The position numbers and the translations under genes were made by a program. The notes below the pieces were generated by a model. It made no database searches. It was not told the origin of the DNA and worked only from the letters and a program-made list of their open reading frames with translations. Shown here piece by piece: positions 25,422 through 38,417 of a stretch of DNA of 64,000 nucleotides; within the stretch, counting starts at the first letter, position 1, and each line of letters opens with the position of its first letter. Origin of the DNA: Escherichia coli (lineage in GTDB: Bacteria; Pseudomonadota; Gammaproteobacteria; Enterobacterales; Enterobacteriaceae); assembly GCF_044324875.1 (NCBI RefSeq), contig NZ_CP172185.1. One strand, given 5' to 3'.

Positions 25422-27947
25422 ATGCCTTTACGACGGTTCTCCCCAGGACTGAAAGCCCAGTTTGCCTTCGGCATGGTCTTTTTGTTCGTTCAGCCCGATG
25501 CCAGCGCTGCTGACATAAGTGCGCAGCAAATAGGTGGGGTGATTATTCCGCAGGCCTTCAGTCAGGCGCTCCAGGACGGCATGAGCGTCCCGCTTTATAT
25601 TCATCTCGCCGGTAGCCAGGGTCGCCAGGACGATCAGCGAATCGGAAGCGCTTTTATCTGGCTGGATGATGGACAGCTACGCATCCGGAAAATACAGCTG
25701 GAAGAGAGTGAAGATAACGCCAGTGTCAGCGAACAAACTCGACAGCAGCTGATGGCTCTGGCGAACGCCCCGTTCAATGAGGCCCTTACCATCCCCCTGA
25801 CTGACAACGCGCAGCTGGATCTCAGCTTGCGCCAACTGCTGCTGCAGCTAGTGGTCAAGCGCGAAGCGCTGGGCACCGTACTACGCTCACGTAGCGAAGA
25901 CATCGGGCAGTCCAGTGTTAACACCCTCAGCAGTAATCTGAGCTATAACTTCGGCGTCTATAACAACCAGTTGCGTAACGGCGGGAGCAACACATCCAGC
26001 TATCTGTCGCTGAATAACGTTACTGCACTGCGCGAACATCACGTGGTGCTCGACGGCTCGCTGTACGGGATCGGTAGCGGTCAACAGGACAGTGAATTAT
26101 ATAAAGCGATGTATGAACGCGATTTTGCCGGTCACCGATTTGCCGGTGGAATGCTCGACACCTGGAACTTGCAGTCCTTAGGGCCGATGACCGCCATTTC
26201 AGCAGGGAAGATTTACGGCCTTTCCTGGGGAAACCAGGCCAGCTCCACCATCTTCGACAGCAGCCAGTCAGCCACGCCAGTGATCGCCTTTTTACCGGCG
26301 GCGGGCGAAGTACATCTCACCCGTGATGGGCGGCTATTAAGCGTTCAGAACTTCACCATGGGCAATCATGAAGTGGATACCCGGGGTCTACCGTACGGTA
26401 TTTACGATGTGGAAGTTGAGGTGATCGTTAACGGTCGCGTGATCAGCAAACGTACTCAACGGGTCAATAAGCTGTTTAGCCGGGGGCGCGGCGTCGGTGC
26501 ACCACTGGCGTGGCAGATATGGGGCGGTAGCTTTCATATGGATCGCTGGTCGGAAAACGGGAAAAAGACGCGACCAGCTAAAGAGAGTTGGCTGGCAGGT
26601 GCCTCGACCTCCGGCTCACTGAGTACGCTTAGCTGGGCGGCAACGGGATATGGATACGATAATCAGGCGGTGGGTGAAACCCGTCTGACGCTGCCGCTTG
26701 GGGGGGCGATCAACGTTAACCTGCAAAACATGCTGGCCAGTGACAGCTCATGGAGCAACATCGCCAGCATCAGCGCCACTCTACCGGGAGGCTTCAGTTC
26801 GCTGTGGGTTAACCAGGAAAAAACCCGCATTGGCAATCAATTGCGACGTAGCGATGCCGACAACCGTGCAATCGGCGGCACACTCAACCTGAACTCACTG
26901 TGGTCGAAGCTGGGTACGTTCAGCATCAGCTACAATGATGACCGCCGCTACAACAGCCATTATTACACGGCAGATTACTATCAAAGTGTCTACAGCGGTA
27001 CCTTTGGTTCGCTTGGCCTGCGGGCCGGTATTCAGCGCTATAACAACGGCGACAGCAGCGCCAATACAGGGAAATATATCGCTCTCGATCTCTCGCTACC
27101 ACTGGGCAACTGGTTTAGCGCAGGGATGACCCATCAAAACGGCTACACCATGGCAAACCTGTCAGCACGCAAACAGTTTGATGAAGGAACCATTCGCACT
27201 GTTGGTGCCAATCTGTCACGAGCCATCTCCGGCGATACCGGTGATGACAAAACCCTCAGCGGTGGGGCGTATGCACAGTTCGACGCTCGTTACGCCAGCG
27301 GAACGCTGAACGTTAATAGCGCGGCGGACGGCTACATCAATACCAATTTGACCGCCAACGGCAGCGTCGGCTGGCAGGGTAAAAACATCGCTGCCAGCGG
27401 GCGGACCGATGGCAACGCTGGGGTGATATTCGACACTGGCCTGGAGAACGATGGTCAGATCAGCGCCAAAATCAACGGGCGGATTTTCACGCTTAACGGC
27501 AAGCGTAACTATCTCCCGCTCTCTCCCTATGGAAGATATGAGGTGGAGTTGCAGAACAGCAAAAACTCACTCGACAGTTACGATATCGTCAGCGGTCGCA
27601 AAAGCCATCTGACTCTCTATCCAGGCAATGTCGCTGTCATTGAGCCAGAGGTGAAGCAGATGGTTACCGTCTCCGGTCGTATCCGTGCGGAAGACGGCAC
27701 ACTGCTGGCTAACGCACGGATTAACAACCATATCGGCCGAACCCGAACCGATGAAAACGGCGAGTTTGTCATGGACGTAGATAAGAAATACCCCACTATC
27801 GATTTTCGCTACAGTGGCAATAAAACCTGCGAAGTGGCACTGGAACTCAACCAGGCGCGCGGTGCCGTCTGGGTCGGTGATGTGGTCTGCAGCGGCCTCT
27901 CATCGTGGGCGGCGGTGACGCAGACAGGAGAAGAGAATGAGAGTTAA
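25422..27947 (+). CDS. ecpC: Outer-membrane usher EcpC (841 aa)
   Basis: Large beta-rich ORF with signal peptide. Confidence 0.85.
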   Translation: MPLRRFSPGLKAQFAFGMVFLFVQPDASAADISAQQIGGVIIPQAFSQALQDGMSVPLYIHLAGSQGRQDDQRIGSAFIWLDDGQLRIRKIQLEESEDNASVSEQTRQQLMALANAPFNEALTIPLTDNAQLDLSLRQLLLQLVVKREALGTVLRSRSEDIGQSSVNTLSSNLSYNFGVYNNQLRNGGSNTSSYLSLNNVTALREHHVVLDGSLYGIGSGQQDSELYKAMYERDFAGHRFAGGMLDTWNLQSLGPMTAISAGKIYGLSWGNQASSTIFDSSQSATPVIAFLPAAGEVHLTRDGRLLSVQNFTMGNHEVDTRGLPYGIYDVEVEVIVNGRVISKRTQRVNKLFSRGRGVGAPLAWQIWGGSFHMDRWSENGKKTRPAKESWLAGASTSGSLSTLSWAATGYGYDNQAVGETRLTLPLGGAINVNLQNMLASDSSWSNIASISATLPGGFSSLWVNQEKTRIGNQLRRSDADNRAIGGTLNLNSLWSKLGTFSISYNDDRRYNSHYYTADYYQSVYSGTFGSLGLRAGIQRYNNGDSSANTGKYIALDLSLPLGNWFSAGMTHQNGYTMANLSARKQFDEGTIRTVGANLSRAISGDTGDDKTLSGGAYAQFDARYASGTLNVNSAADGYINTNLTANGSVGWQGKNIAASGRTDGNAGVIFDTGLENDGQISAKINGRIFTLNGKRNYLPLSPYGRYEVELQNSKNSLDSYDIVSGRKSHLTLYPGNVAVIEPEVKQMVTVSGRIRAEDGTLLANARINNHIGRTRTDENGEFVMDVDKKYPTIDFRYSGNKTCEVALELNQARGAVWVGDVVCSGLSSWAAVTQTGEENES

Positions 27948-29580
27948 CCTACTGATAGCGATGATAATATTTGCGCTAATCTGGCCTGCAACCGCGCTCA
28001 GAGCTGCAGTGAGCAAAACAACCTGGGCGGATGCACCGGCAAGCGAGTTTGTGTTTGTCGAAAACAACTCAGACGACAACTTTTTCGTCACGCCTGGCGG
28101 GGCGCTGGATCCGCGCCTGACCGGTGCCAACCGCTGGACCGGTTTAAAATACACTGGCTCAGGAACCATCTATCAACAAAGCCTCGGCTACATTGATAAC
28201 GGTTACAACACCGGCCTCTATACCAACTGGAAGTTTGATATGTGGCTGGAAAATTCGCCGGTTTCATCTCCTTTAACTGGCTTACGCTGCATCAACTGGT
28301 ACGCAGGGTGTAATATGACCACCAGTCTTATCCTGCCGCAAACCACCGACGCCAGTGGATTTTATGGCGCGACGGTGACCAGCGGCGGCGCGAAGTGGAT
28401 GCACGGCATGTTGTCAGACGCGTTTTACCAGTATATGCAACAAATGCCCGTCGGCAGCAGCTTTACAATGACCATCAATGCCTGCCAGACCTCAGTGAAC
28501 TATGACGCCAGCAGCGGCGCGCGTTGTAAGGATCAGGCCTCCGGAAACTGGTATGTTCGCAATGTCACCCATACAAAAGCAGCAAATCTGCGGTTGATAA
28601 ATACCCACTCGCTGGCGGAGGTGTTTATCAACAGCGACGGAGTACCGACTCTGGGCGAAGGGAACGCCGACTGCCGGACACAAACCATCGGCAGCCTTTC
28701 AGGATTAAGTTGTAAGATGGTTAACTATACCCTGCAAACAAACGGACTCAGCAACACCTCAATCCATATCTTCCCGGCGATCGCCAACTCGTCGTTAGCC
28801 TCGGCCGTCGGGGCGTACGATATGCAGTTCAGTCTGAATGGCAGTTCATGGAAACCGGTGAGCAATACTGCCTATTACTACACCTTCAACGAGATGAAGA
28901 GCGCAGACTCGATCTATGTTTTCTTCTCGAGCAACTTCTTTAAACAGATGGTGAACCTCGGGATCAGCGATATCAACACCAAAGATCTGTTCAACTTTCG
29001 CTTTCAGAACACCACATCACCGGAGTCTGGCTGGTATGAATTTTCTACCTCCAACACGCTGATTATCAAACCCCGTGATTTCAGCATCAGTATTATCTCC
29101 GATGAATATACTCAGACACCGTCGCGGGAGGGATATGTCGGCAGCGGCGAGTCGGCACTCGATTTCGGCTATATCGTAACCACCAGCGGTAAAACAGCTG
29201 CCGACGAAGTGCTGATCAAGGTGACCGGACCCGCGCAGGTGATTGGCGGGCGCTCCTATTGTGTCTTCAGCTCCGATGACGGTAAGGCGAAAGTACCGTT
29301 CCCGGCGACGCTTTCCTTTATTACCCGCAACGGAGCTACAAAAACCTACGATGCCGGGTGCGATGATAGCTGGCGGGATATGACCGATGCGCTGTGGCTG
29401 ACCACACCGTGGACTGATATCTCTGGCGAAGTGGGGCAGATGGATAAGACCACAGTCAAATTTTCGATTCCAATGGATAACGCCATTTCGCTGCGTACGG
29501 TAGATGATAACGGCTGGTTTGGCGAAGTCAGCGCTTCAGGAGAAATTCATGTTCAGGCGACGTGGCGTAACATTAACTAA
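27937..29580 (+). CDS. ecpD: Pilus tip adhesin EcpD (547 aa)
   Basis: Signal peptide; overlaps ecpC stop. Confidence 0.8.
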   Translation: MRVNLLIAMIIFALIWPATALRAAVSKTTWADAPASEFVFVENNSDDNFFVTPGGALDPRLTGANRWTGLKYTGSGTIYQQSLGYIDNGYNTGLYTNWKFDMWLENSPVSSPLTGLRCINWYAGCNMTTSLILPQTTDASGFYGATVTSGGAKWMHGMLSDAFYQYMQQMPVGSSFTMTINACQTSVNYDASSGARCKDQASGNWYVRNVTHTKAANLRLINTHSLAEVFINSDGVPTLGEGNADCRTQTIGSLSGLSCKMVNYTLQTNGLSNTSIHIFPAIANSSLASAVGAYDMQFSLNGSSWKPVSNTAYYYTFNEMKSADSIYVFFSSNFFKQMVNLGISDINTKDLFNFRFQNTTSPESGWYEFSTSNTLIIKPRDFSISIISDEYTQTPSREGYVGSGESALDFGYIVTTSGKTAADEVLIKVTGPAQVIGGRSYCVFSSDDGKAKVPFPATLSFITRNGATKTYDAGCDDSWRDMTDALWLTTPWTDISGEVGQMDKTTVKFSIPMDNAISLRTVDDNGWFGEVSASGEIHVQATWRNIN

Positions 29581-30259
29581 GGCCCTGCTGACAGCGGTCT
29601 GTATGCTGGCGGCACCTTTGACACAGGCGATTTCGGTCGGCAATCTGACATTTTCGCTGCCGTCCGAGACTGACTTTGTCAGCAAACGTGTAGTGAATAA
29701 CAACAAAAGCGCACGGATATACCGTATTGCCATCAGTGCTATTGATAGCCCGGGCAGCAGTGAATTGCGCACCCGACCGGTGGATGGTGAACTACTTTTC
29801 GCCCCCCGCCAGCTGGCGTTGCAGGCTGGTGAGAGCGAGTATTTTAAATTTTACTATCATGGTCCACAGGATAACCGCGAGCGCTACTACCGGGTCTCAT
29901 TTCGCGAGGTCCCCACTCGCAACCAGACAAGACGCAGCCCAACCGGCGGCGAGGTCAGCACGGAGCCGGTGGTGGTGATGGATACCATTCTGGTAGTACG
30001 ACCACGTCAGGTTCAGTTTAAATGGTCCTTCGACCAGGTGACAGGAACGGTAAGTAACACCGGCAACACGTGGTTTAAGCTACTGATTAAACCAGGATGT
30101 GATTCGACCGAAGAGGAAGGCGACGCCTGGTATCTACGTCCGGGAGACGTTGTTCATCAGCCTGAGTTACGTCAGCCGGGGAATCATTATCTGGTCTATA
30201 ACGACAAATTCATTAAGATTAGCGATTCCTGTCCGGCTAAGCCCCCTTCGGCGGACTAA
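29549..30259 (+). CDS. ecpE: Second pilus chaperone EcpE (start set at MFRRRGVTL; track ORF starts at 29504)
   Basis: Signal peptide; resembles EcpB (YYRVSF..., NTGNT motifs). Confidence 0.75.
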   Translation: MFRRRGVTLTKALLTAVCMLAAPLTQAISVGNLTFSLPSETDFVSKRVVNNNKSARIYRIAISAIDSPGSSELRTRPVDGELLFAPRQLALQAGESEYFKFYYHGPQDNRERYYRVSFREVPTRNQTRRSPTGGEVSTEPVVVMDTILVVRPRQVQFKWSFDQVTGTVSNTGNTWFKLLIKPGCDSTEEEGDAWYLRPGDVVHQPELRQPGNHYLVYNDKFIKISDSCPAKPPSAD

Positions 30260-30571
30260 GACTTATCCATCGGTCGAGGGAAGAACTCCACCTCAGAGCC
30301 CCAAAAATCGTTTAAATGATGTGGAAGCGATCGTCAATATCACCTGTAACGATGGGCTTTCTCATATGCACACAATAGTGTTCAGGAGACACGGAAAGGT
30401 ACCAGGCAGCCTGCTAACGAGTGGTTTATTCACGAATTAGTACGTAAAATCGGTAACGGCTGGAAATCATTCAATACTCACACTATCGAAAGTTCCCCAG
30501 CCAACCGCGGTACGTTCTTACATACGATGTACCGCTGTTCTCTTTACGATTTATAGCTGTACTGGTGAATT

Positions 30572-30901
30572 ATGAGCAATCTGAATCCATGCATGACGTG
30601 TGGTGCCTGTTGTGCATTTTTCCGCGTCTCTTTTTACTGGGCCGAAGCCGACGATGCTGGCGGTACCATTCCCGCCAGGCTCACTGAACAAATATCCCCT
30701 TTTCACCGATGCATGAGCGGTACCAATCAGAAAAACCCCCGATGTATTGCCCTTGCAGGAACACCGGGCAAAAATGCCTGCTGCACGATATATAAAAATC
30801 GATCGTCCACGTGCAGAGAATTCGCCATGTCTGGTGAGAACGGAGTCGTCAATGAGGCTTGCAATCGTGCAAGAGCTAAATACGGGCTGACACCGTTATA
30901 A
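30572..30901 (+). CDS. ykgJ: Cys-rich YkgJ-family putative zinc/iron-chelating protein
   Basis: CMTCGACC ... CCTIY ... CREF motifs; hairpin-T run terminator downstream. Confidence 0.8.
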
Positions 30902-31149
30902 ATATGCAATAATTAATTGCACTGCCCCGCCAGCTATAATCGCGGGGCTTCGTTTTTCAGGGATAACAAAACCCGAAACTTCTTCCATCTGCCAGCAACA
31001 ATGCCTCTTCCTCTATAGTGTTCTCCGGATCTACAGCATCCTGAAGTAGCGCGATGTACTCATTGGCTATCTGCATCAGAAAGTTAAAAACAATGTTTTT
31101 AACCTATAAAAATGGCGCTGTATTTGCGCCATTTTTATCATTCAATGCA

Positions 31150-31764
31150 TTATCTGTTTGAGCCTAAAGGGATCTCAGGGTCTGGCTCATGAGTAATTCT
31201 GTTTCGTAAATCTCTGCGAATAATTTCAATGGACCAGAACCAGACTAAATGTCCAAAAATTTCAGAAACATTCTCATACCACGGGAGATCAAACAGAGGT
31301 GGCGTCAGTCCCATGAGAGGGAATGAAATCATATGAACAAAAAGTTGGGCTAAAGCACCTGCCAGTAAGCCCTGCCAGAGTTTAATTTTTGGAAATACTT
31401 CAGCGACCACACAATAACCGACAGCAAACACTATCGAAAAGATAATGTGCGTAACACCAACCCAGTTAAAGACATGCCCGGCAAAGGTATAAACAGCCGC
31501 ATTGGGATCTGTCAGCCCCAACCAGTCTCGAAGAAAAATATACGGAGGATTGAGAAAATTACGGGAGCAATCAATTTGCCCAGCAGCCCTGATTAATGAT
31601 TCCGGGCCACACGCTGCATTAAACATATCCACCGGGCTACGTGGCGGCAATGGAACTTCAGCCCCCCACTTCACAAATGCGGAAACAACGCCAGCAATCA
31701 GCCCAATGAATGCAGCAAGACCATAACGTCTGCGGTTCGGTGGAGTTTGTTCAAATATATTCAT
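31150..31764 (-). CDS. yagU: DUF1440 inner-membrane protein YagU
   Basis: 204-aa hydrophobic ORF. Confidence 0.8.
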
Positions 31765-32169
31765 ATCTACCCTGCTTGTACCATTATGTTATACACCTCT
31801 TCAGGAGTATTCATAAAACAAGGCAAATGTAAAGAACTGTATTGTTTTGTATAATGCAATGGTGACTAATCGCCAATTAATATAAGCACCATCATTTCTC
31901 CCTATTTTTATGTTAGAAGTGACAAAGATTTGTAGGGTGATGTAGAGCTGACAATCACAGGTTTCCTTATCGGTTTTTGCATCGCACAACTAAAGCAATA
32001 AACGAGCTCCCGTCATCGGCGAATATGAATTAATTAGCCGGGCTCATAGCTGCATTCGCGTTTTAAGAATAATCCTCCTGCTCTCACCGACTATGCTTAA
32101 CGTTTAAAAAAGCATCAGCACTCTCGCAACGCTCTCTTATTTTCCCCTTTAGAATACCGGAGGCCTGGT

Positions 32170-32859
32170 ATGAGCAACCAAGGCGAATACCCCGAAGATA
32201 ATCGGGTTGGGAAGCACGAGCCGCACGATTTTAGTTTGACCCGTCGCGATCTGATTAAAGTCAGCGCCGCAACGGCGGCGACCGCCGTGGTTTATCCTCA
32301 TTCTACGCTTGCAGCAAGCGTTCCGGCAGCTACACCCGCGCCAGAGATAATGCCCCTGACACTTAAGGTGAACGGCAAAACCGAGCAGTTGGACGTTGAT
32401 ACCCGAACCACGCTACTGGACGCTTTGCGTGAAAATCTGCTTCTGATCGGTACCAAGAAAGGTTGCGATCACGGGCAGTGCGGAGCCTGTACCGTGCTGG
32501 TCAATGGTCGCAGGCTTAATGCCTGCCTGACGCTTGCAGTCATGCATCAGGGGGCCGAGCTCACCACCATTGAAGGCCTGGGTTCACCAGAGAATCTTCA
32601 CCCCATGCAGGCGGCCTTTATCAAGCATGATGGCTTCCAGTGCGGCTACTGCACCTCCGGGCAAATTTGCTCATCAGTAGCGGTGCTAAAAGAGATTCAG
32701 GACGGCATTCCCAGTCACGTCACGGTCGATTTGGTTTCCCCTCCAGAAAGAACTGCCGATGAGATCCGTGAACGTATGAGCGGCAACATCTGTCGCTGTG
32801 GTGCATACGCTAACATCCTTGCCGCCATTGAAGATGCTGCGGGGGAGATAAAATCATGA
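32170..32859 (+). CDS. paoA: Periplasmic aldehyde oxidoreductase, 2Fe-2S subunit
   Basis: Tat motif TRRDLIK; 2Fe-2S cysteine motifs CDHGQCGAC and CGYC...CRC. Confidence 0.9.
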   Translation: MSNQGEYPEDNRVGKHEPHDFSLTRRDLIKVSAATAATAVVYPHSTLAASVPAATPAPEIMPLTLKVNGKTEQLDVDTRTTLLDALRENLLLIGTKKGCDHGQCGACTVLVNGRRLNACLTLAVMHQGAELTTIEGLGSPENLHPMQAAFIKHDGFQCGYCTSGQICSSVAVLKEIQDGIPSHVTVDLVSPPERTADEIRERMSGNICRCGAYANILAAIEDAAGEIKS

Positions 32860-33812
32860 AGGCGTTTACCTATGAACGAGTGAACACCCCGGCCGAGGCG
32901 GCACTTAGCGCTCAGCGCGTACCCGGCGCAAAATTTATCGCTGGCGGGACCAATCTGCTGGACCTGATGAAGCTGGAAATTGAAACGCCAACCCACCTTA
33001 TCGATGTGAACGGGCTCGGGCTCGATAAGATTGAAGTGACCGACGCGGGTGGGCTGCGCATCGGCGCACTGGTACGGAACACCGACCTGGCAGCTCACGA
33101 GCGCGTGCGTCGTGATTACGCGGTACTCTCCCGCGCCCTGCTCGCTGGCGCGTCTGGTCAGTTACGTAATCAGGCAACCACCGCAGGTAATCTGCTCCAG
33201 CGCACGCGCTGCCCCTATTTTTACGACACCAATCAGCCCTGCAATAAGCGCCTGCCCGGGAGCGGCTGCGCGGCACTTGAAGGCTTTAGCCGTCAGCACG
33301 CGGTGGTAGGCGTAAGCGAAGCCTGCATTGCCACCCATCCGAGCGATATGGCGGTCGCAATGCGGTTGCTGGATGCGGTGGTGGAAACCATCACGCCGGA
33401 GGGAAAGACTCGCAGTATCACACTGGCTGATTTTTATCACCCTCCGGGAAAAACGCCGCACATTGAAACCGCCCTGCTTCCCGGTGAGCTTATCGTTGCG
33501 GTGACGTTACCTCCGCCGCTCGGCGGAAAACATATTTACCGTAAGGTGCGCGATCGCGCCTCCTACGCCTTTGCCCTGGTATCGGTCGCAGCGATTATTC
33601 AGCCTAACGGCAGCGGGCGCGTCGCGCTGGGCGGAGTAGCACATAAGCCCTGGCGCATTGAGGCTGCGGATGCTCAGCTATCCCAGGGGGCGCAGGCCGT
33701 GTATGACGCGCTGTTCGCCAGCGCCCATCCCACCACTGAAAACACCTTTAAACTCCTGTTGGCGAAGCGAACGCTTGCCTCCGTACTGGCTGAAGCGAGG
33801 GCACAGGCATGA
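32856..33812 (+). CDS. paoB: Aldehyde oxidoreductase FAD-binding subunit
   Basis: CO-dehydrogenase-flavoprotein-like ([11 protein letters not shown]). Confidence 0.9.
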   Translation: MKAFTYERVNTPAEAALSAQRVPGAKFIAGGTNLLDLMKLEIETPTHLIDVNGLGLDKIEVTDAGGLRIGALVRNTDLAAHERVRRDYAVLSRALLAGASGQLRNQATTAGNLLQRTRCPYFYDTNQPCNKRLPGSGCAALEGFSRQHAVVGVSEACIATHPSDMAVAMRLLDAVVETITPEGKTRSITLADFYHPPGKTPHIETALLPGELIVAVTLPPPLGGKHIYRKVRDRASYAFALVSVAAIIQPNGSGRVALGGVAHKPWRIEAADAQLSQGAQAVYDALFASAHPTTENTFKLLLAKRTLASVLAEARAQA

Positions 33813-36007
33813 AATTTGATAAACCCGCAGGGGAAAACCCGATTGATCAGCTGAAGGTTGTCGGTCGTCCCCATGACCGCATCGACGGACCGCTGAAAAC
33901 TACCGGCACGGCACGCTACGCCTACGAATGGCATGAAGAAGCCCCCAACGCCGCCTATGGTTATATCGTCGGTTCCGCCATTGCCAAAGGATGCCTCACC
34001 GCCCTCGATACGGACGCCGCGCAAAAAGCGCCGGGCGTACTGGCTGTCATTACCGCCAGTAACGCCGGGGCACTCGGCAAAGGCGACAAAAACACCGCCA
34101 GGCTGTTAGGCGGCCCCACTATTGAGCACTATCATCAGGCCATTGCGCTGGTAGTGGCCGAGACCTTCGAACAGGCACGAGCGGCGGCCTCGCTGGTGCA
34201 GGCGCACTATCGCCGTAATAAAGGAGCTTACTCCCTGGCGGACGAGAAACAGGCCGTCAGTCAGCCGCCGGAAGACACGCCCGATAAAAATGTTGGTGAC
34301 TTTGACGGGGCTTTCACCTCCGCTGCGGTGAAGATTGATGCTACCTACACGACCCCGGACCAGAGCCATATGGCGATGGAACCGCATGCCTCGATGGCCG
34401 TCTGGGATGGAAATAAGCTTACCCTCTGGACCTCAAATCAGATGATTGACTGGTGCCGCACCGATCTGGCAAAAACGCTGAAAGTGCCCGTGGAGAATGT
34501 GCGTATTATCTCCCCGTATATCGGTGGAGGGTTTGGCGGCAAGCTGTTCCTGAGAAGCGATGCGCTGCTGGCGGCCCTCGCCGCCCGTGCGGTGAAACGT
34601 CCGGTTAAAGTGATGCTCCCCCGCCCCACTATTCCCAATAACACAACGCACCGCCCCGCCACCCTTCAGCACCTGCGTATCGGTGCCGACCAGAGCGGGA
34701 AAATCACTGCTATCTCACATGAAAGCTGGTCCGGAAACCTGCCCGGCGGCACGCCGGAAACGGCGGTACAGCAAAGCGAATTTCTTTACGCAGGGGCGAA
34801 TCGTCATACAGGCCTGCGGCTCGCCACGCTTGATTTGCCGGAAGGGAACGCCATGCGTGCGCCCGGCGAAGCCCCCGGTCTGATGGCGCTCGAAATCGCG
34901 ATCGACGAACTGGCGGAAAAAGCGGGCATCGATCCCGTCGAGTTTCGCATCCTGAATGACACTCAGGTTGACCCCGCCGACCCGACGCGCCGCTTCTCTC
35001 GCCGTCAGCTTATCGAGTGCTTGCGCACCGGAGCGGATAAATTTGGCTGGAAGCAGCGCAACGCCACACCCGGACAGGTACGCGACGGGGAGTGGCTAGT
35101 CGGCCACGGTGTTGCGGCGGGCTTTCGCAATAATCTGCTGGAAAAATCGGGTGCGCGGGTTCACCTAGAACAAAACGGCACCGTTACCGTGGAAACGGAC
35201 ATGACCGATATTGGCACTGGCAGCTACACCATTCTGGCCCAGACGGCAGCGGAAATGCTTGGCGTACCGCTGGAGCAGGTTGCGGTTCACCTCGGCGATT
35301 CCAGTTTCCCGGTTTCTGCGGGTTCTGGTGGACAATGGGGCGCGAATACCTCCACCTCCGGCGTTTACGCCGCCTGTGTGAAGCTTCGCGAAATGATTGC
35401 CTCGGCAGTCGGGTTTGATCCTGAGCAGTCGCAGTTTGCCGACGGCAAGATTACCAACGGTACCCGAAGCGCCATGCTACATGAGGCCACCGCAGGCGGC
35501 AGACTGACAGTGGAAGAGAGCATTGAATTCGGAACACTGAGCAAGGAGTACCAGCAATCGACCTTTGCCGGGCATTTTGTGGAGGTCGGAGTGCATAGCG
35601 CGACGGGAGAAGTTTGGGTCCGGCGTATGCTCGCCGTGTGCGCAGCGGGGCGCATTCTGAATCCGAAAACTGCACGCAGCCAGGTCATTGGCGCGATGAC
35701 TATGGGCATGGGCGCGGCACTGATGGAGGAGCTGGTGGTAGATGACCGTTTGGGCTACTTCGTTAATCACGATATGGCGGGGTATGAGGTGCCGGTTCAT
35801 GCGGATATCCCAAAACAGGAGGTGATTTTCCTGGATGATACCGACCCCATATCCTCCCCGATGAAGGCCAAAGGTGTCGGTGAGCTGGGCCTGTGCGGCG
35901 TGAGCGCGGCTATCGCCAACGCGGTGTATAACGCCACCGGTATTCGGGTACGGGATTATCCCATCACTCTGGATAAGCTGCTCGATAAGCTGCCGGATGT
36001 GGTTTAA
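33809..36007 (+). CDS. paoC: Aldehyde oxidoreductase molybdopterin-binding subunit (732 aa)
   Basis: Xanthine-dehydrogenase-family molybdopterin domain; overlaps paoB stop. Confidence 0.9.
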   Translation: MKFDKPAGENPIDQLKVVGRPHDRIDGPLKTTGTARYAYEWHEEAPNAAYGYIVGSAIAKGCLTALDTDAAQKAPGVLAVITASNAGALGKGDKNTARLLGGPTIEHYHQAIALVVAETFEQARAAASLVQAHYRRNKGAYSLADEKQAVSQPPEDTPDKNVGDFDGAFTSAAVKIDATYTTPDQSHMAMEPHASMAVWDGNKLTLWTSNQMIDWCRTDLAKTLKVPVENVRIISPYIGGGFGGKLFLRSDALLAALAARAVKRPVKVMLPRPTIPNNTTHRPATLQHLRIGADQSGKITAISHESWSGNLPGGTPETAVQQSEFLYAGANRHTGLRLATLDLPEGNAMRAPGEAPGLMALEIAIDELAEKAGIDPVEFRILNDTQVDPADPTRRFSRRQLIECLRTGADKFGWKQRNATPGQVRDGEWLVGHGVAAGFRNNLLEKSGARVHLEQNGTVTVETDMTDIGTGSYTILAQTAAEMLGVPLEQVAVHLGDSSFPVSAGSGGQWGANTSTSGVYAACVKLREMIASAVGFDPEQSQFADGKITNGTRSAMLHEATAGGRLTVEESIEFGTLSKEYQQSTFAGHFVEVGVHSATGEVWVRRMLAVCAAGRILNPKTARSQVIGAMTMGMGAALMEELVVDDRLGYFVNHDMAGYEVPVHADIPKQEVIFLDDTDPISSPMKAKGVGELGLCGVSAAIANAVYNATGIRVRDYPITLDKLLDKLPDVV

Positions 36008-36016
36008 GGAGGAACA

Positions 36017-36970
36017 ATGTCATACCCACTTTTTGACAAAGACGAGCACTGGCATAAGCCAGAGCAGGCGTTTCTCACCGATGACCACCGGACCATTCTG
36101 CGCTTCGCCGTAGAGGCGCTAATGTCCGGTAAAGGAGCGGTGCTGGTGACGCTGGTGGAAATACGCGGCGGCGCGGCGCGCCCGCTCGGGGCTCAGATGG
36201 TGGTGCGCGAAGATGGTCGTTACTGCGGTTTTGTCTCTGGCGGCTGCGTGGAGGCCGCTGCCGCTTTTGAAGCGCTGGAGATGATGGGCTCAGGCCGCGA
36301 TCGCGAAATTCGCTATGGCGAAGGTTCGCCGTGGTTTGACATCGTTCTGCCCTGCGGCGGTGGGATCACGCTGACGCTCCATAAACTACGCTCGGCACAG
36401 CCTCTGCTCGCCGTGCTGAACCGCCTGGAACAGAGAAAACCGGCGGGTCTGCGCTACGATCCGCAAGCACAATCGCTGGTGTGCCTGCCCACGCAAACCC
36501 GGACAGGCTGGAATCTCAATGGCTTTGAGGTGGGGTTCAGGCCATGCGTCAGGCTGATGATTTACGGACGTTCTCTTGAGGCGCAGGCAACCGCGAGTCT
36601 TGCAGCAGCCACAGGCTATGACAGCCATATCTTCGATCTTTTTCCGGCCTCAGCCAGCGCTCAGATCGATACCGATACGGCGGTCATTTTGCTGTGCCAT
36701 GATCTCAACCGGGAGCTGCCAGTGTTGCAGGCCGCGCGAGAAGCAAAACCCTTTTATCTCGGCGCATTGGGCAGCTATCGAACCCACACTTTACGTCTGC
36801 AAAAGCTCCACGAGCTGGGATGGTCCAGGGAGGAGACAGCGCAAATCCGGGCACCCGTCGGGATATTCCCCAAAACCCGGGATGCGCATACTCTGGCACT
36901 CTCCGTGCTGGCAGAAGTCGCCGCTGTACGTCTCCGTCAGGAGGATTCATGCCTGCCCCCATCGTCCTGA
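36017..36970 (+). CDS. paoD: XdhC-family molybdenum cofactor insertion chaperone
   Basis: XdhC/CoxI family; last gene of pao operon. Confidence 0.85.
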   Translation: MSYPLFDKDEHWHKPEQAFLTDDHRTILRFAVEALMSGKGAVLVTLVEIRGGAARPLGAQMVVREDGRYCGFVSGGCVEAAAAFEALEMMGSGRDREIRYGEGSPWFDIVLPCGGGITLTLHKLRSAQPLLAVLNRLEQRKPAGLRYDPQAQSLVCLPTQTRTGWNLNGFEVGFRPCVRLMIYGRSLEAQATASLAAATGYDSHIFDLFPASASAQIDTDTAVILLCHDLNRELPVLQAAREAKPFYLGALGSYRTHTLRLQKLHELGWSREETAQIRAPVGIFPKTRDAHTLALSVLAEVAAVRLRQEDSCLPPSS

Positions 36971-37056
36971 TCCTCGCGGCGGGGCGTGGGGAGCGCTTCC
37001 TCACCTCCGGGGGAAATACCCATAAATTAAGAGAAAAATCTGCAGTAGCCGTTTAA
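36949..37056 (+). pseudogene. 35-codon remnant of a MobA/MocA-like molybdopterin nucleotidyltransferase gene
   Basis: MPAPIVLILAAGRGERF (NTP-transferase LAAGxGxR motif) then unrelated tail and stop; ATG overlaps paoD 3' end; hairpin terminator at about 37085..37110. Confidence 0.45.
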
Positions 37057-37148
37057 GAAAATCACCTAAATCGTTTAAAAGAGCGCCCAACCCATAGTGG
37101 GCGCTTATCGCCTTGTGTAACTTATTCAGCAACGCGCGCCTCGCCGGA

Positions 37149-38342
37149 CTAAAGCGCACCGGCCTTCTGGCGTGCGGTAACAAAGGTCAGTACGCCAGCG
37201 CAAAGGAGCAGCACGCTACTCATAGCAAACGTGCTCTGCCAGCCAAGGCGGTCAAACACAATGCCTCCTGCCGTTGATCCAAGGGCGATGGCGAGCCGAA
37301 TCACCGCGACCATGAGCCCGCCTCCGGCTTCGGCGTTGTCAGGCAACGTACGCGCAATCCATGTCCACCATCCGGTTGGCGCGGCGGTGGCCAGCATGCC
37401 CCAGAGTCCTAACAGCAGCGAGACCGTCCAGACGTGATGCCCGGTAAGCATCAGACCGATGGCAATGACGGCCATCAGTCCGGGTATGGCCATCAGCGTG
37501 GGGTAGAATTTTCTGTTGAGAAATGCCGAAACAACCAGCGTGCCAATAAAACCGGCCACGCCGATAATCAGCAAAATCGACGACAAGCCTAAGGAATTAA
37601 CCCGTGTCACCGACTCCAGAAACGGGCGCACATAGGTGAATAGCGCAAACTGCCCCATGAAAAACAGGCCACAAGCTATCATGCCGACCACAACCATGCG
37701 GCGGCTAAATAAGCGGAATACCGCGCCACATGAAGTGTGGCTTTTATTCGCATCCATGCTTGGCAGGCTGATGCACTGCCAGATAAAGGCGACAACCGCG
37801 ATGGGCACCAGGCACAAGAAAGCGCCTCGCCATCCGACCGTAGCCCCCAGATAGCTTCCCAGCGGTGCGGCCACGACCGTCGCCAGCGCATTACCGGCGT
37901 TGAAAATTGCCAGCGCACGCGTGACCTGATGCTGCGGCACCAGACGAATCGCCGTTGCCGCTGACATCGACCAGAATCCGCCAATAGCCACACCAATCAT
38001 CGCACGACCGACCATATACATCAGATAACTGGAAGCCAGCGCAATAATAAGCCCCGATACGGCCATCAGAACCGTCATCCCCAGCAGCAGGAACTTACGA
38101 TTCATCTTTCCAGCTAGCGTTGAAAGCGTCAGGCTGGTCAGAACCGCCAGCGCGCCGGAGATAGCAATCCCCTGCCCTGCCAGCCCCTCCGTCACGCCTA
38201 AATCGCGGGTAATCGGCGTGAGCAGGCTGACGGGCATGAATTCAGAAGCAATCAGCACAAACACGCACAGGGTCATGGCAAAAATACCGCCCCAGTATGC
38301 GCGCTGATGATGAGGTGATAGTGTTTGGCTTAGTGTCGACAT
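37149..38342 (-). CDS. MFS-family transporter (397 aa)
   Basis: About 12 hydrophobic segments. Confidence 0.75.
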   Translation of the reverse strand: MSTLSQTLSPHHQRAYWGGIFAMTLCVFVLIASEFMPVSLLTPITRDLGVTEGLAGQGIAISGALAVLTSLTLSTLAGKMNRKFLLLGMTVLMAVSGLIIALASSYLMYMVGRAMIGVAIGGFWSMSAATAIRLVPQHQVTRALAIFNAGNALATVVAAPLGSYLGATVGWRGAFLCLVPIAVVAFIWQCISLPSMDANKSHTSCGAVFRLFSRRMVVVGMIACGLFFMGQFALFTYVRPFLESVTRVNSLGLSSILLIIGVAGFIGTLVVSAFLNRKFYPTLMAIPGLMAVIAIGLMLTGHHVWTVSLLLGLWGMLATAAPTGWWTWIARTLPDNAEAGGGLMVAVIRLAIALGSTAGGIVFDRLGWQSTFAMSSVLLLCAGVLTFVTARQKAGAL

Positions 38343-38417
38343 AGTGAAATTTCACAAAGATCAGGATAAAAGCCACCAGCCTATGGCCGGTGGCTTTGCA
38401 TCAATTCAGGAGAGGTT

